Assembly (NCBI GenBank): GCA_036563645.1
Contig: DATCMA010000056.1
Coordinates: 9,898-73,897 of the forward strand
Source: Micromonospora sp.
Lineage (GTDB): Bacteria; Actinomycetota; Actinomycetes; Mycobacteriales; Micromonosporaceae
Length of the DNA: 64,000 nt
Direction: 5' to 3'
A model generated the notes under the pieces. It saw nothing but the letters and a program-made list of their open reading frames with translations, was not told the DNA's origin and ran no database searches. Both the position numbers and the translations under genes were made by a program. Positions 9,930 to 18,889 of the stretch are shown here, piece after piece; the first letter of the stretch is position 1; the number at the start of each line of letters is the position of its first letter.

Positions 9930-10771
9930 GCCGCACCAAGACGAAACGGCGCGGCACACGGGCCGCACCGCTCCTGCACCTCATAGCGATCAGTATCGGC
10001 GCCTTCATCGTCGTTCCCATCATCTATGGGGTGCTCGGGGGGTTCAAGGACAACGCCCAGCTCGCGCAGAACCCGATCGCGTGGCCTGATCCGTGGCGGC
10101 CGAGCAACTACACCGAGATCCTCACGTCGTCGTCGTTCTGGCGGCAGGCCTGGAACAGCCTGTTCATCGCCGTGTCGACGACGGTGCTCGTGGTGGGCGT
10201 GGCGGCGATGGCGGCGTTCATCTTCGCCCGCTACGCGTTCCGCGGCCGGGAGTTCTTCTTCACGCTCTTCGCGATGGGGCTGATGTTCCCGTTCGCGGTC
10301 GCGATCCTGCCGCTGTTCGTCCTGCTGCGCTCGATGGGGTTGCTCGACAACCCGCTCGGTGTGATCCTCCCGCAGGCCGCCTTCGGCTTGCCGATCACGA
10401 TCATCATCCTGCGCGGCTTCTTCCGCGAGATCCCAGCGGAGATCGAGGAGGCAGCGACCCTCGACGGCTGCTCGCCGTTCACGTTCTTCGTGCGGATCTT
10501 GCTGCCGATGGCCCGCCCGGCGCTCGCCACCGTCTCGGTGTTGGCGATCGTCTCCAGCTGGAACAACTTCATGCTGCCGCTGGTCGTCTTCAGCGACCAG
10601 ACCTGGTGGACCCTGCCGCTGGGCGTGCAGCAGTTCCAGGGGCAATACACCAGCGACACCGCTCGTGTCCTGGCGTATGTCGTGATGGCGATGCTCCCCG
10701 CGTTGGCGTTCTACTCCGTGGCGGAGCGTCAACTCATCGGCGGGCTCACCGCCGGGGCGACCAAGGGGTGA
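9926..10771 (+). CDS. carbohydrate ABC transporter permease (MalG-like)
   Basis: MSRTKTKRRG.. with EAA loop ..IEEAATLDGCSPFTFFVRILLPMARP.. ATGA overlap with the previous permease. GGAGG at 9915-9919. Confidence 0.9.
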   Translation: MSRTKTKRRGTRAAPLLHLIAISIGAFIVVPIIYGVLGGFKDNAQLAQNPIAWPDPWRPSNYTEILTSSSFWRQAWNSLFIAVSTTVLVVGVAAMAAFIFARYAFRGREFFFTLFAMGLMFPFAVAILPLFVLLRSMGLLDNPLGVILPQAAFGLPITIIILRGFFREIPAEIEEAATLDGCSPFTFFVRILLPMARPALATVSVLAIVSSWNNFMLPLVVFSDQTWWTLPLGVQQFQGQYTSDTARVLAYVVMAMLPALAFYSVAERQLIGGLTAGATKG

Positions 10772-10786
10772 CGATTCGACACCTCG

Positions 10787-10824
10787 GAGCGCGGAAGGTG
10801 GGTCGTGCCGCTCACCTTCCGCGC
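10787..10824 (+). terminator. hairpin after the sugar ABC operon
   Basis: gagcgcggaaggtg / caccttccgcgc, about a 12-bp stem starting 16 nt after the stop. No T-tract. Confidence 0.4.
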
Positions 10825-11005
10825 CCGATCGCTCCCCTAGTCAGACGTCGTCCGGTCGAGGGGCGTGGCGGAACCCACCGGGCGGCGCGACGCCACGGGT
10901 CGACCATCCTCACCGGCGAGGAGGCCGGTCCGACCGCCACCGGGAGCTGAGGTCAGCCGGGGGCTGGGGTCAGCGAGGAGACACGAGAGAGACGAGAGCC
11001 ACATC

Positions 11006-11020
11006 GTGACGAAATTCACA
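11006..11020. promoter_or_regulatory. CRP/FNR-type inverted repeat GTGA-N6-TCACA
   Basis: cGTGAcgaaatTCACa read directly. Matches 9 of 10 positions of the generic TGTGA-N6-TCACA consensus. Confidence 0.25.
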
Positions 11021-11209
11021 TAGACGAGCCGCGTTGGATGACATCGTCTGTCATCATCGTCTACGAGGTGGGCTGCTCCCCTGGCCTGTGCCGCGCCGAA
11101 CCCCCCAGAAATGTTGTTTCATCGCGGTTTCGCGTGCCTGCCCCCGCCGGCCGTGGGCAGGCCGACAACCGGGGACGGCGGCACGGACCGGGCGCGGCGA
11201 CAGCGCCAT

Positions 11210-11246
11210 ATTGGGCAGGTCACGGTAGGAACATTGGGCGGGTCAC
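11210..11246 (+). promoter_or_regulatory. two 14-nt direct repeats ATTGGGC(A/G)GGTCAC, 23 bp start-to-start
   Basis: Copies at 11210-11223 and 11233-11246, 13 of 14 identical, about 70-110 nt upstream of ATG 11319. Confidence 0.3.
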
Positions 11247-11318
11247 TGGCATGAGCAGGTGAGATGAACAGATAGTTACCTGGAGCGACCTGTTGTCGAG
11301 CTGCGAGAGGTGGCCCTG

Positions 11319-11660
11319 ATGGACGAGCCGATACCCGACGAGAACGTGCCGCCGGACGTCACGGACATCATGCTCTGGCGCCTGGCTTCCCAGGTCGCCG
11401 AAAGCCACCGCCCTGACCCGAATGACCCGACGCGGTGCTCCAACCTGCGGTGCGCGCGCGAGACGTACCCGTGCGAGGCGGCACGCTCCGCGGAGTACGC
11501 GCTGCGCGCGAGTCGTGCTCGGCCCCAGGCGCCGGAGGCGGAACCCGCACCGGCTGGTGAAGCCCCGACGCCAATGGCGACGACCTCCCAGCCACGCGTC
11601 GACCTGGACGCGACCTCGGGGTGGTCCGCAGGACGGCGCCGCTCGCGCTCCGCGGCTTGA
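11319..11660 (+). CDS. hypothetical protein (113 aa, three Cys: CSNLRCARETYPC)
   Basis: ATG 11319 preceded by GAGAGGTGG. High GC3 through the first two thirds. No family recognised. Confidence 0.45.
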   Translation: MDEPIPDENVPPDVTDIMLWRLASQVAESHRPDPNDPTRCSNLRCARETYPCEAARSAEYALRASRARPQAPEAEPAPAGEAPTPMATTSQPRVDLDATSGWSAGRRRSRSAA

Positions 11661-12168
11661 TCGCTCGACCGCCGGTCCTCAGCTCACTCGTCGTCTCACT
11701 CGTCCCGGAACGCCAGATCCTGTCGACGACAGGCGGTCGGTGTCCGCCGAGCGCGGCGTGCTCCAGGGCGGGCCGCCCAGATCGTGCCACCGGACCGACC
11801 GGTGCCCGTGCACCGCGGTCCTCGCGACCACTGCTTCCGCTGCGGCGTCCAGCGGCTCGTCGACAACGACGTCACCACGTCGGCGGTGAGCCCAGCGCGC
11901 GGAGCTGGGTGATCGCCGCGTCGACGGCCGCGCGGGCGGTATCGCGCGCGTGGTCGTATGACTGGTGGGCCCGCTCGGTCACCGCTCCTGCCTGCGACGC
12001 CCGCGCCACACCAGGGCCAGGCTGATCTCGACAACGACCGATCCTCCGTCGGCGCCTGTCCAGGCTGCCCTAGGCCATCGGGTTGTCGGCCGGACAAGAC
12101 AAGCCTGGACAGCGATCGGTCAGGCGCGATTGTGGGCGTGCCCGCTCCGATGACTCCCGAGGCCAGGG

Positions 12169-12921
12169 TCACTGGCCGACCAACACCGGTGGTGCGACCC
12201 GCGCGCGATGGGCTTCCGCGCACCGTTGGGAGAGGGCGTATCGAACGAGGACGACGTCCTCGATCTGCCGAACCTCCAGCACGGTGGCGCGATTTCCCGG
12301 ATGCCAGGGGAACCGCCCATCGCCGACGAATCGGGGCGCGCGCCGGTCGCCGATGAAGAATGGGGCGACCACCAGGTGCAGCTCGTCGGCGAGCCCGGCG
12401 GTGAGGAACTGCGAATGCATCGACTCACCGCCCTCCACCAGCAGCCGGCGCACACCGCGGAGCGCAAGATCAGCGAGGACGCGCTCCGGGCGTACCGGAT
12501 CCCCACCGTCGACGACGGTCGCCACGCCGCCGAGCGCTTCGCGTGTCTTGGCCCAGACCCGCGTGGCGCAGTACACCACCTTCTCCACGTTGCCCTGGGT
12601 GAAGAACCGAGAACTCGGGTCGAGGTCGCCGCTGGCGGTGACGGTGACCTTCATCGGCGACGGCGACAATCCTCGCCGCACCCGCCACGCGCGCCGGGAC
12701 GGCGAGCGCACGAGCAAGCGGGGATTGTCGGCTCGGACGGTGCCGGCGCCGACCAGGATCGCGTCGCACTCGGCGCGCACCGCGTCGACCCGATCCAAGT
12801 CGGCCGCGTTGGACAGCAACAGCCGCTGACCGCTGGCGTCGTCGATATACCCGTCGATCGACATCGCGCAGCTCAGCAGGACGTACGGACGCTCAACCAT
12901 GGGCCACGGACGGTCAGTCAT
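12169..12921 (-). CDS. RibD C-terminal-type reductase / dihydrofolate-reductase-family protein (no deaminase domain)
   Basis: ..YVLLSCAMSIDGYIDDASG..DRVDAVRAECDAILVGAGTVRADNPRL..RRLLVEGGESMHSQFLTAGLADELHLVVAPFFIG.. Start 12921 overlaps the ribA stop. Alternative ATG at 12900. Confidence 0.8.
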   Translation of the reverse strand: MTDRPWPMVERPYVLLSCAMSIDGYIDDASGQRLLLSNAADLDRVDAVRAECDAILVGAGTVRADNPRLLVRSPSRRAWRVRRGLSPSPMKVTVTASGDLDPSSRFFTQGNVEKVVYCATRVWAKTREALGGVATVVDGGDPVRPERVLADLALRGVRRLLVEGGESMHSQFLTAGLADELHLVVAPFFIGDRRAPRFVGDGRFPWHPGNRATVLEVRQIEDVVLVRYALSQRCAEAHRARVAPPVLVGQ

Positions 12922-13570
12922 GGACCAGCGGCATCTCGAGGGCGTGTCCTCCGCGGCTGGCCTTCGCGGCCAGGTAGTTCGCGTTGGACGGGGACAGGTG
13001 GACCCCGGTCGACACGCGCTCGGTGATCGTCACACCGAGCCGATCCAGCTGCGCAACCTTGTCGGGGTTGTTCGTCAACAAGGCCACTCGCCGAATGCCC
13101 AAGGCGAACAGCATCTGCGCGGCCACCGTGTAGTCCCGTTCGTCCTCCCGATGACCCAACGCGACATTCGCCTCGTAGGTGTCGAGCCCGGCGTCCTGTA
13201 GCGCGTAGGCGTCGAGCTTGGCGTACAGTCCCACCCCGCGCCCCTCCTGCCGGAGGTACAGCACGAGGCCACCGACGGCGGCGATGCGTTCGACCGCCTC
13301 GCGTAACTGGGGACCACAGTCGCAGCGCTCACTGCCGAACACGTCACCGGTCAGACACTCGCTGTGCGGGCGGACCAGGGGGACGTTGGGAGACACACTC
13401 CGCCCGTGCCACGGCTGCGCCCACTCCCCGAGCCCGATGGCGAGGTGTTCCCGACCGTCGACCAGCCCGTGGAACGAGAACACCCGAGCCATCGTGGTGT
13501 AGCCGTCGGGGAAGCGCAGCGGCACCGCCACCTGCGTCCGGACTCTTGCTCCACCCAGTGCTTCGTCCAT
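12914..13570 (-). CDS. ribA: stand-alone GTP cyclohydrolase II
   Basis: ..VRPHSECLTGDVFGSERCDCGPQL..GLVLYLRQEGRGVGLYAKLDAYALQDAGLDTYEANVALGHREDERDY..LLTNNPDKV.. Start ATG 13570 after AAGGGAG. No DHBP-synthase (RibB) domain is fused. Confidence 0.9.
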   Translation of the reverse strand: MDEALGGARVRTQVAVPLRFPDGYTTMARVFSFHGLVDGREHLAIGLGEWAQPWHGRSVSPNVPLVRPHSECLTGDVFGSERCDCGPQLREAVERIAAVGGLVLYLRQEGRGVGLYAKLDAYALQDAGLDTYEANVALGHREDERDYTVAAQMLFALGIRRVALLTNNPDKVAQLDRLGVTITERVSTGVHLSPSNANYLAAKASRGGHALEMPLVHD

Positions 13571-13581
13571 TGGACTCCCTT

Positions 13582-14547
13582 TCAGACACCGCCGGACGCG
13601 CCGGCGGCTACCGGCACCCGGATCCGGCGGGCGATCACGAAGGCAGCGCCGGGAAGGCTCGCCACCATCACCAGCGCCCCGTAGACCATGGCGGTGGAGA
13701 GCCCTTGGGCCGCGGAGAGCCCCGCCTCCGCGAACGCCCACGCGGCCACGCCCTCCCGCGGGCCGAAGCCAGCCAGGTTCATCGGCACCGCCATGGCGAG
13801 CAACGCCAGCAGCGTCAACGGCACCAAATGGGACAGTGGCGCGGTCGCGCCGGCCGTCCGCGCGGCGATCAGGAATGTCGCCACGTGCCCGGCGACCGCC
13901 ACCGTCGACGCCAGCAGGACGCCGAGCCACGTGCCTCGGGCGAGCAGACCGTGGCGGAGATCGGCACCGGCGGCGCGTACCGCCCGCGCCCACCGTGACG
14001 CCGGGCCGCGCCGCACCGCCCACGCCAGCACGGCGACGCCGACTCCCCCAGCGAGCGCCAGCGCGGCGGCCACCGGGAGGTACGGGCGCACCGGCGACGG
14101 CAACACGCTGAGGACGACGACCGCGATCGCGATCTGCACGACCTGGCCCGCGGTCCGCTCCCACACCACGGCGCGAATGCCCCGACCGAGATCACCAACG
14201 TCGCGGCCGTGCCGTACCGCCCGCTCCACGTCGCCCACGACGCCACCGGGGAGCGTCGCGTTGAGGAACACGGCCCGATAGCAGTGGGCGATTGCCCGGC
14301 CCAACGGCAGCCGGACGCCGAGGCCGCCCGCCACCAGCTGCCAGCGCCAGGCGCAGCACACCGTCGTGACCAGACCGATCGCCACGGCGGCCCCCACCGC
14401 CCAGCCGTCGATTGCGCGCAGTCCATCCAGGAACGGTCCGGTGCCCAACCGCCACAGCAACACCGCGAGGATCGCGGCCCCGCCCACAGTGCGCACCACT
14501 GCCCACCACCGGCGCGCCGGAGCTGGGCTACCCGTGCTGGTGTGCAC
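13582..14547 (-). CDS. flippase-like / lysyl-phosphatidylglycerol-synthase-TM-type (UPF0104) membrane protein
   Basis: Polytopic protein with ..WRWQLV..LPLGRAIAHCYRAVFLNATLPGGVVGDVERA.. and ..NLAGFGPREGVAAWAF.. Start GTG 14547 after GAAGGGAG. Upstream track sequence is Arg-rich shadow. Confidence 0.8.
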   Translation of the reverse strand: MHTSTGSPAPARRWWAVVRTVGGAAILAVLLWRLGTGPFLDGLRAIDGWAVGAAVAIGLVTTVCCAWRWQLVAGGLGVRLPLGRAIAHCYRAVFLNATLPGGVVGDVERAVRHGRDVGDLGRGIRAVVWERTAGQVVQIAIAVVVLSVLPSPVRPYLPVAAALALAGGVGVAVLAWAVRRGPASRWARAVRAAGADLRHGLLARGTWLGVLLASTVAVAGHVATFLIAARTAGATAPLSHLVPLTLLALLAMAVPMNLAGFGPREGVAAWAFAEAGLSAAQGLSTAMVYGALVMVASLPGAAFVIARRIRVPVAAGASGGV

Positions 14548-14606
14548 GCGACTCCCTTCTCTATCGAGCGTCCTGGTTGCCTCTACGCACCCCAGGGCGC
14601 GCTGGT

Positions 14607-15416
14607 TCAGCTCACGCCAGCGAGCAGGTCGCTGTGGTGGACGACCACGCGTAGCCGGCCGGCGGCGGCGTCGGCCAGCCGCTGGCGGGCGTACGCCTGG
14701 GTTCGCTCCACCAGCTCCGGCCGCTGTTCGCAGGCGGCGCCCCACCACCCGGTGAACCACTCCGCGATCAGCTCCGCTTGCTGCGGCCCGAGCCGCCACG
14801 GGCTCGGCCGCACCACGACGTCCACACCGCGGCGGCCAAACGCCGCCACGCAGGCATCGACGGCGTCCGGTCCCAACAGGGCTCGTCCGTCGACGGTCCG
14901 GCGCTGGTGCGCGTTGAACGCCTCCGCGATCTCCTGGTCGAGGGGATCGGCCGGGGTGAGCTCAACCCGACCGACCACCGAGATCATGAAGAGCGCCGAG
15001 CAACCGGCCGCGACACACGCCTCGACGATCCGCTCGAGTTCGTCGGCGGTGAGCATGTCGAGCAACGCGGAGGCGGTGACGACCGCGGCGCCGGAGAGGT
15101 CGGCGGCGGTCAGGCGGGTGATGTCGCGGAGCCGGGTCTCCACGGTGACCGGTGCGCCGTTCGCGGCCCGGTCCCCCAGGCGCACGCGCGCCAGAAGGGA
15201 CGGATCCCGGTCGTACAGGATCCAGTGCTGGGGCCCGGGCAGTTGCGGGGCGAGCCACCGGCCCAGGGAGCCGGTGCCGGAGCCGAGGTCGTGGATGACC
15301 ACCGGGGACGCGCCGGCCACGCGCCGCCGCAGGAGCGCCACGAGCTCAGTCGATCGCGCCGCGGCGTCCGCCGGTTCCCGCAGGCGCAGCCAATCGGGGA
15401 AAGACAGCGTCGTCAT
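14607..15416 (-). CDS. class I SAM-dependent methyltransferase
   Basis: Motif I VVIHDLGSGTGSLGRWL. ATGA overlap with the GT4 stop. Confidence 0.8.
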   Translation of the reverse strand: MTTLSFPDWLRLREPADAAARSTELVALLRRRVAGASPVVIHDLGSGTGSLGRWLAPQLPGPQHWILYDRDPSLLARVRLGDRAANGAPVTVETRLRDITRLTAADLSGAAVVTASALLDMLTADELERIVEACVAAGCSALFMISVVGRVELTPADPLDQEIAEAFNAHQRRTVDGRALLGPDAVDACVAAFGRRGVDVVVRPSPWRLGPQQAELIAEWFTGWWGAACEQRPELVERTQAYARQRLADAAAGRLRVVVHHSDLLAGVS

Positions 15417-16525
15417 ACCGCCACCGCCTCCGTGAGGACCTGTGCGAGTCGGGCTGTGGTGACGTCCCAGCCGGTGAGCTGGGCGCGACGGGCGCGCGCC
15501 GCGCGCCGGAGCCGCTCGCGCAGCGCGGGATCCCCCAGCCACCGGCGCAGCGCGTCGGCGAGGGCCCCGGGGTCGTCCCGCGCCACCAGCACCCCGGGCC
15601 GGTCGCCGTCCGGCGTCTCGCCCATCGCCTCCGGCACACCGCCGACCGCGGTCGCCACCACCGGGATCCCGCGGGCCAGCGCTTCGGTGACCACCATTCC
15701 GTACGTCTCGGCGCGCGAGGCGAGCACGAGCAGGTCCGCCGCCGCGTACGCTGCGGCGAGGTCCGCCCCGGTCCGTGGGCCCACCAGCGGCATGCGGTCG
15801 GTGAGTCCGTCGGCGTCGAGCTGGGCGCGCAGCGCCGCGACGAACCGGGGATCTCGGGTTACCGACCCCACGCAGACGCAGCGCCACGGCAGCTCCGCGA
15901 CGCGCGCCAGCGCCTGGGCGAGGAGGTCGTGGCCTTTTCCGGGGGTGACGGCCGCGACGCACAGCAGCCGCGACCCGCTCGGCGATCCGGGTGTCAGCGG
16001 CGCGGGATCCACCCCGGGGTGCACGACGTGGACCCGGTCGACGGGGAGGGGATAGCGCGCCAGCAGGGTTTGCCGGGTCCACTCGCTGGTCGTGACGATG
16101 CGGGTCGCCGCGGCCAGCGCCCTCCCTTCGCCGTCGTCGAGCAGGGGCATGTGGATGAGTGGCACGAGGCGCAGCCGGTGGGCCTGCGCGCAAAGCGCGT
16201 CCGGCGCCGCGGATCCCACCAGACCATCGATGAGGACCAGGGCGCCGTCGGGCAGCGCGGCGAGCTGGCGCGCGAGCCTCGTCTGCTCCTGCGCGGTGGG
16301 CTGGGGCCACGCCCCGGGCACCGCGTGCTCGTGGACGGCCCAGCCCGTCGCGGCCAAACCGTCACAGACGCGCCGGTCGTAGGTGTTGCCGCCGCTGGGG
16401 GTCGCGGGATCGTCGATGTCGTTGGGCAGGATGACGTGCACGTCCCGCGGCCCACGGCCGCAGCGCGGCGGCGGCCCGGTGCCGTGGAGGCGGGTCTCAC
16501 CCGAGGCGCGCATCGTCGCCCTCAC
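15413..16525 (-). CDS. glycosyltransferase family 4 (GT-B, GT1/GT4 type)
   Basis: ..[35 protein letters not shown].. (EX7E region). GTGA overlap with the PTPS-like stop. Alternative starts at 16513 and 16441. Confidence 0.85.
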   Translation of the reverse strand: MRATMRASGETRLHGTGPPPRCGRGPRDVHVILPNDIDDPATPSGGNTYDRRVCDGLAATGWAVHEHAVPGAWPQPTAQEQTRLARQLAALPDGALVLIDGLVGSAAPDALCAQAHRLRLVPLIHMPLLDDGEGRALAAATRIVTTSEWTRQTLLARYPLPVDRVHVVHPGVDPAPLTPGSPSGSRLLCVAAVTPGKGHDLLAQALARVAELPWRCVCVGSVTRDPRFVAALRAQLDADGLTDRMPLVGPRTGADLAAAYAAADLLVLASRAETYGMVVTEALARGIPVVATAVGGVPEAMGETPDGDRPGVLVARDDPGALADALRRWLGDPALRERLRRAARARRAQLTGWDVTTARLAQVLTEAVAV

Positions 16526-16926
16526 AGGGATCGCTCGTAGCTGGCCCAGGCGATGTGCGACTCGCGCAAGGTGACCGTGATGCCGGTCAGGCCACGCGCC
16601 CCGTCGCCGAGGGCGCCGGCGTGGACCCGCTCAGCCAGCCGGTCGGCGATGTGCCGCGCGAGCACCTCGGTGGTGGTGTTCACCCCCGCGAAGGCGGGAT
16701 CGTCGTCGAGGTTGCGGTAGTTGAGGTCACTGAGGATCTCGCGCAAGACCGCGCTGGCGCGTCCAATGTCGACGACCACACCGTCGGCGTCGAGGTCCGG
16801 GCGGCGAAACGTGGCGTCGACGACGTACGTGGCGCCGTGGAGTCGCTGCGCGGGGCCGAAGACCTCGCCACGAAAACTGTGCGCGATCATCATGTGATCG
16901 CGGACGGTCACGCTGAACACGATCAC
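16522..16926 (-). CDS. 6-pyruvoyl-tetrahydropterin synthase/QueD-family (T-fold) homologue, non-canonical active site
   Basis: ..[52 protein letters not shown].. The canonical Cys-x4-HGH is replaced by [13 protein letters not shown] overlap with the upstream dehydrogenase. Confidence 0.85.
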   Translation of the reverse strand: MIVFSVTVRDHMMIAHSFRGEVFGPAQRLHGATYVVDATFRRPDLDADGVVVDIGRASAVLREILSDLNYRNLDDDPAFAGVNTTTEVLARHIADRLAERVHAGALGDGARGLTGITVTLRESHIAWASYERSL

Positions 16927-17984
16927 TCTCCGTCGTAGGTGATGAGGTGGCACAGCGCGGGGAGCTCCCCGGCTGCTAGGCGGGGCATGACGTCGGGGAG
17001 GTCGGCGAATCGGGACCTTCCGGTGAGCAGGGAGTCGAAGGCGGGATCGGCGAGGAGCTCCACGGCCAACGCCAGCCGGTCGGCGGCGCTCCGCCGGCCC
17101 TGGCGGGCGGGCGAGAGCGTCCCCACTTGGCTGCTGCGGATGGCGAGCCGCCGCGAGTGGAACACCCCGCCGAGCGCGAGGCTGATCGGGCGATCGCCGT
17201 ACCAGCTCAGCTCGACGACCGTGCCGTCGGGCACGAGGAGCTCGAGGGCCCGCTGTAGCCCGGCGGCGGTGGCGCTGGTGTGGATGACGAGGTCACGGCC
17301 GCCGGAGGCCTCCTCGGGCAGGGCGAACGCCACACCGAGGGCCGCGGCCACCGCGGCCCGCGCGGGATTGACGTCGACCAGCTCGACGTGGACCCCGGGG
17401 AAGCGAGCCAGCAGAGCCGCCACGCAGCACCCCACCATGCCGGCCCCGATGACGGTGACTCGGTCGCCGATGAGGGGCGCGGCGTCCCACAGGGCGTTGA
17501 CCGCGGTCTCCACGGTCCCGGTCAGCACCGCTCGTGCGGCGGGGACCCCGTCGGGAACGGGGACGACGGCCTCCACCGGCACCACGTACGCGGTCTGGTG
17601 TGGATAGAGGCAGAAGACCGTGCGGCCCCGCAGCTCCGGGGGCCCGACCTCCACCAGCCCCACGTTGAGGTAGCCGTACTTGACCGGCCCGGGGAAGTCG
17701 CCCTCTTGGAATGGCGCCCGCATCGCCGCGTACTGGTCCGTGGGAACCCGACCGGTGAAGACCAGCGTCTCGGTGCCGCGACTGACGCCGGAGTAGCGGG
17801 TGCGCACGAGCACCTCGCCAGGGCCGGGATCCCGCAGCGGCACGGATCGGATCTCGCCGTGCCCGGGGCTCCGGATCCAAAACGCGCGGGCCTCGCTGGC
17901 CATCGAGTGTGTCGTCACCGTCATCTCCCCACCGAACCAAACGGCCGCGGCGCCCGTGTCCCCAGGCAGCGGCTCGTCGATCAC
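16923..17984 (-). CDS. MDR-superfamily zinc-type alcohol dehydrogenase-like protein
   Basis: ..[48 protein letters not shown].. (Rossmann GxGxxG). Start uncertain: 17984, 17924 or 17903. Confidence 0.8.
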   Translation of the reverse strand: MIDEPLPGDTGAAAVWFGGEMTVTTHSMASEARAFWIRSPGHGEIRSVPLRDPGPGEVLVRTRYSGVSRGTETLVFTGRVPTDQYAAMRAPFQEGDFPGPVKYGYLNVGLVEVGPPELRGRTVFCLYPHQTAYVVPVEAVVPVPDGVPAARAVLTGTVETAVNALWDAAPLIGDRVTVIGAGMVGCCVAALLARFPGVHVELVDVNPARAAVAAALGVAFALPEEASGGRDLVIHTSATAAGLQRALELLVPDGTVVELSWYGDRPISLALGGVFHSRRLAIRSSQVGTLSPARQGRRSAADRLALAVELLADPAFDSLLTGRSRFADLPDVMPRLAAGELPALCHLITYDGE

Positions 17985-18000
17985 TAGTCACGGAGGCACG

Positions 18001-18780
18001 GTGCGCAGAGTTCAATCCGGTCCCACGATCGGGATGACCATCCAATTTGTCCTGTTGGCGGCCCTAGACCAGATCGTTGGGCTCAGCCTGGTCGGCTGGA
18101 TGGCGGGTGCCGGCTACGCCGCGGTGGTCTGCGCGACGCTCACCCGCGGCTTGCGCCGCGCCGGCGCCGCCGGCCTCGGCCCGGCTGACCGGGTGACCCT
18201 CGCCAGGGCGATCCTCGTCGGCGGCGTGACCGCGCTGACGGTGGACTCAGTCACCCGTCCGGCCCCCGTCGGTCTCCTGGTCGCGCTCACGGCGGTGGCT
18301 CTGGCGCTCGACGCCGTCGACGGATACGTCGCGCGCCGCACGGGGACGGCGAGCCCGCTCGGCGCCCGGTTCGATATGGAGATCGACGCTTTCCTCCTCC
18401 TCGTGCTCTCCGTCCTCGTCGCCCCATGGGCCGGTGGCTGGGTCGTCGCCATCGGCGCGATGCGCTACGCCTTCGTCGCCGCTGGCTGGCTCCTCCCGTG
18501 GCTGCGCGCGCCCCTGCCGCCGCGCTATTGGCGAAAGGTGGTGGCCGCGACACAGGGCGTGGTGTTGGCGGTCGCGGTGTCGGACCTCCTCCCCCGCCCC
18601 ATCACGATCAGCGCGCTGGTGGTGGCGCTCGCAATGCTCGTCGAATCCTTCGGGCACGACGTGGCATGGCTGTGGCGGCACCGCCCCACCCGGACCGCCG
18701 TCCCCGCGCCGGCGGGCGGCCCCACCGAGACCGCGCTGCCCGAGGCGGCGCCTCAGTTGGCGGCTCCGCTGTCAGTGTGA
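18001..18780 (+). CDS. CDP-alcohol phosphatidyltransferase family protein
   Basis: Complete signature DG-x2-AR-x8-G-x3-D-x3-D seen in ALDAVDGYVARRTGTASPLGARFDMEIDAFLL. Multi-TM. GTG 18001 follows GGAGG. Alternative ATG at 18034. Confidence 0.85.
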   Translation: MRRVQSGPTIGMTIQFVLLAALDQIVGLSLVGWMAGAGYAAVVCATLTRGLRRAGAAGLGPADRVTLARAILVGGVTALTVDSVTRPAPVGLLVALTAVALALDAVDGYVARRTGTASPLGARFDMEIDAFLLLVLSVLVAPWAGGWVVAIGAMRYAFVAAGWLLPWLRAPLPPRYWRKVVAATQGVVLAVAVSDLLPRPITISALVVALAMLVESFGHDVAWLWRHRPTRTAVPAPAGGPTETALPEAAPQLAAPLSV

Positions 18781-18889
18781 GCCGGCGAGTTAGAGCGGTC
18801 ACGTCGGTCGCGGCCGGCGCGTGGCGCGGACCGCGACCGGTCCGATGACATGACTCCGCGCTCAGGTAACCGAGAAAGGGCGTATCACC

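Noticed and set aside
10837-11262. Small ORFs 10837..11019-, 11034..11228+ and 11038..11262+
   Set aside because: Poor third-position bias, no RBS, and no hydrophobic or motif structure. They overlap the symmetric DNA elements that better explain the region.
11661-12168. 509-bp stretch without a called gene. One minus-strand frame (about 11887-12024) reads ..AVTERAHQSYDHARDTARAAVDAAITQLRALGSPPTW* with high GC3
   Set aside because: The frame is open for only about 45-60 codons, with no ATG, no clear RBS and no recognisable family. The listed longer ORFs (11696..12223-, 11621..12025+) are Arg-rich junk. It may be a gene remnant but cannot be supported.
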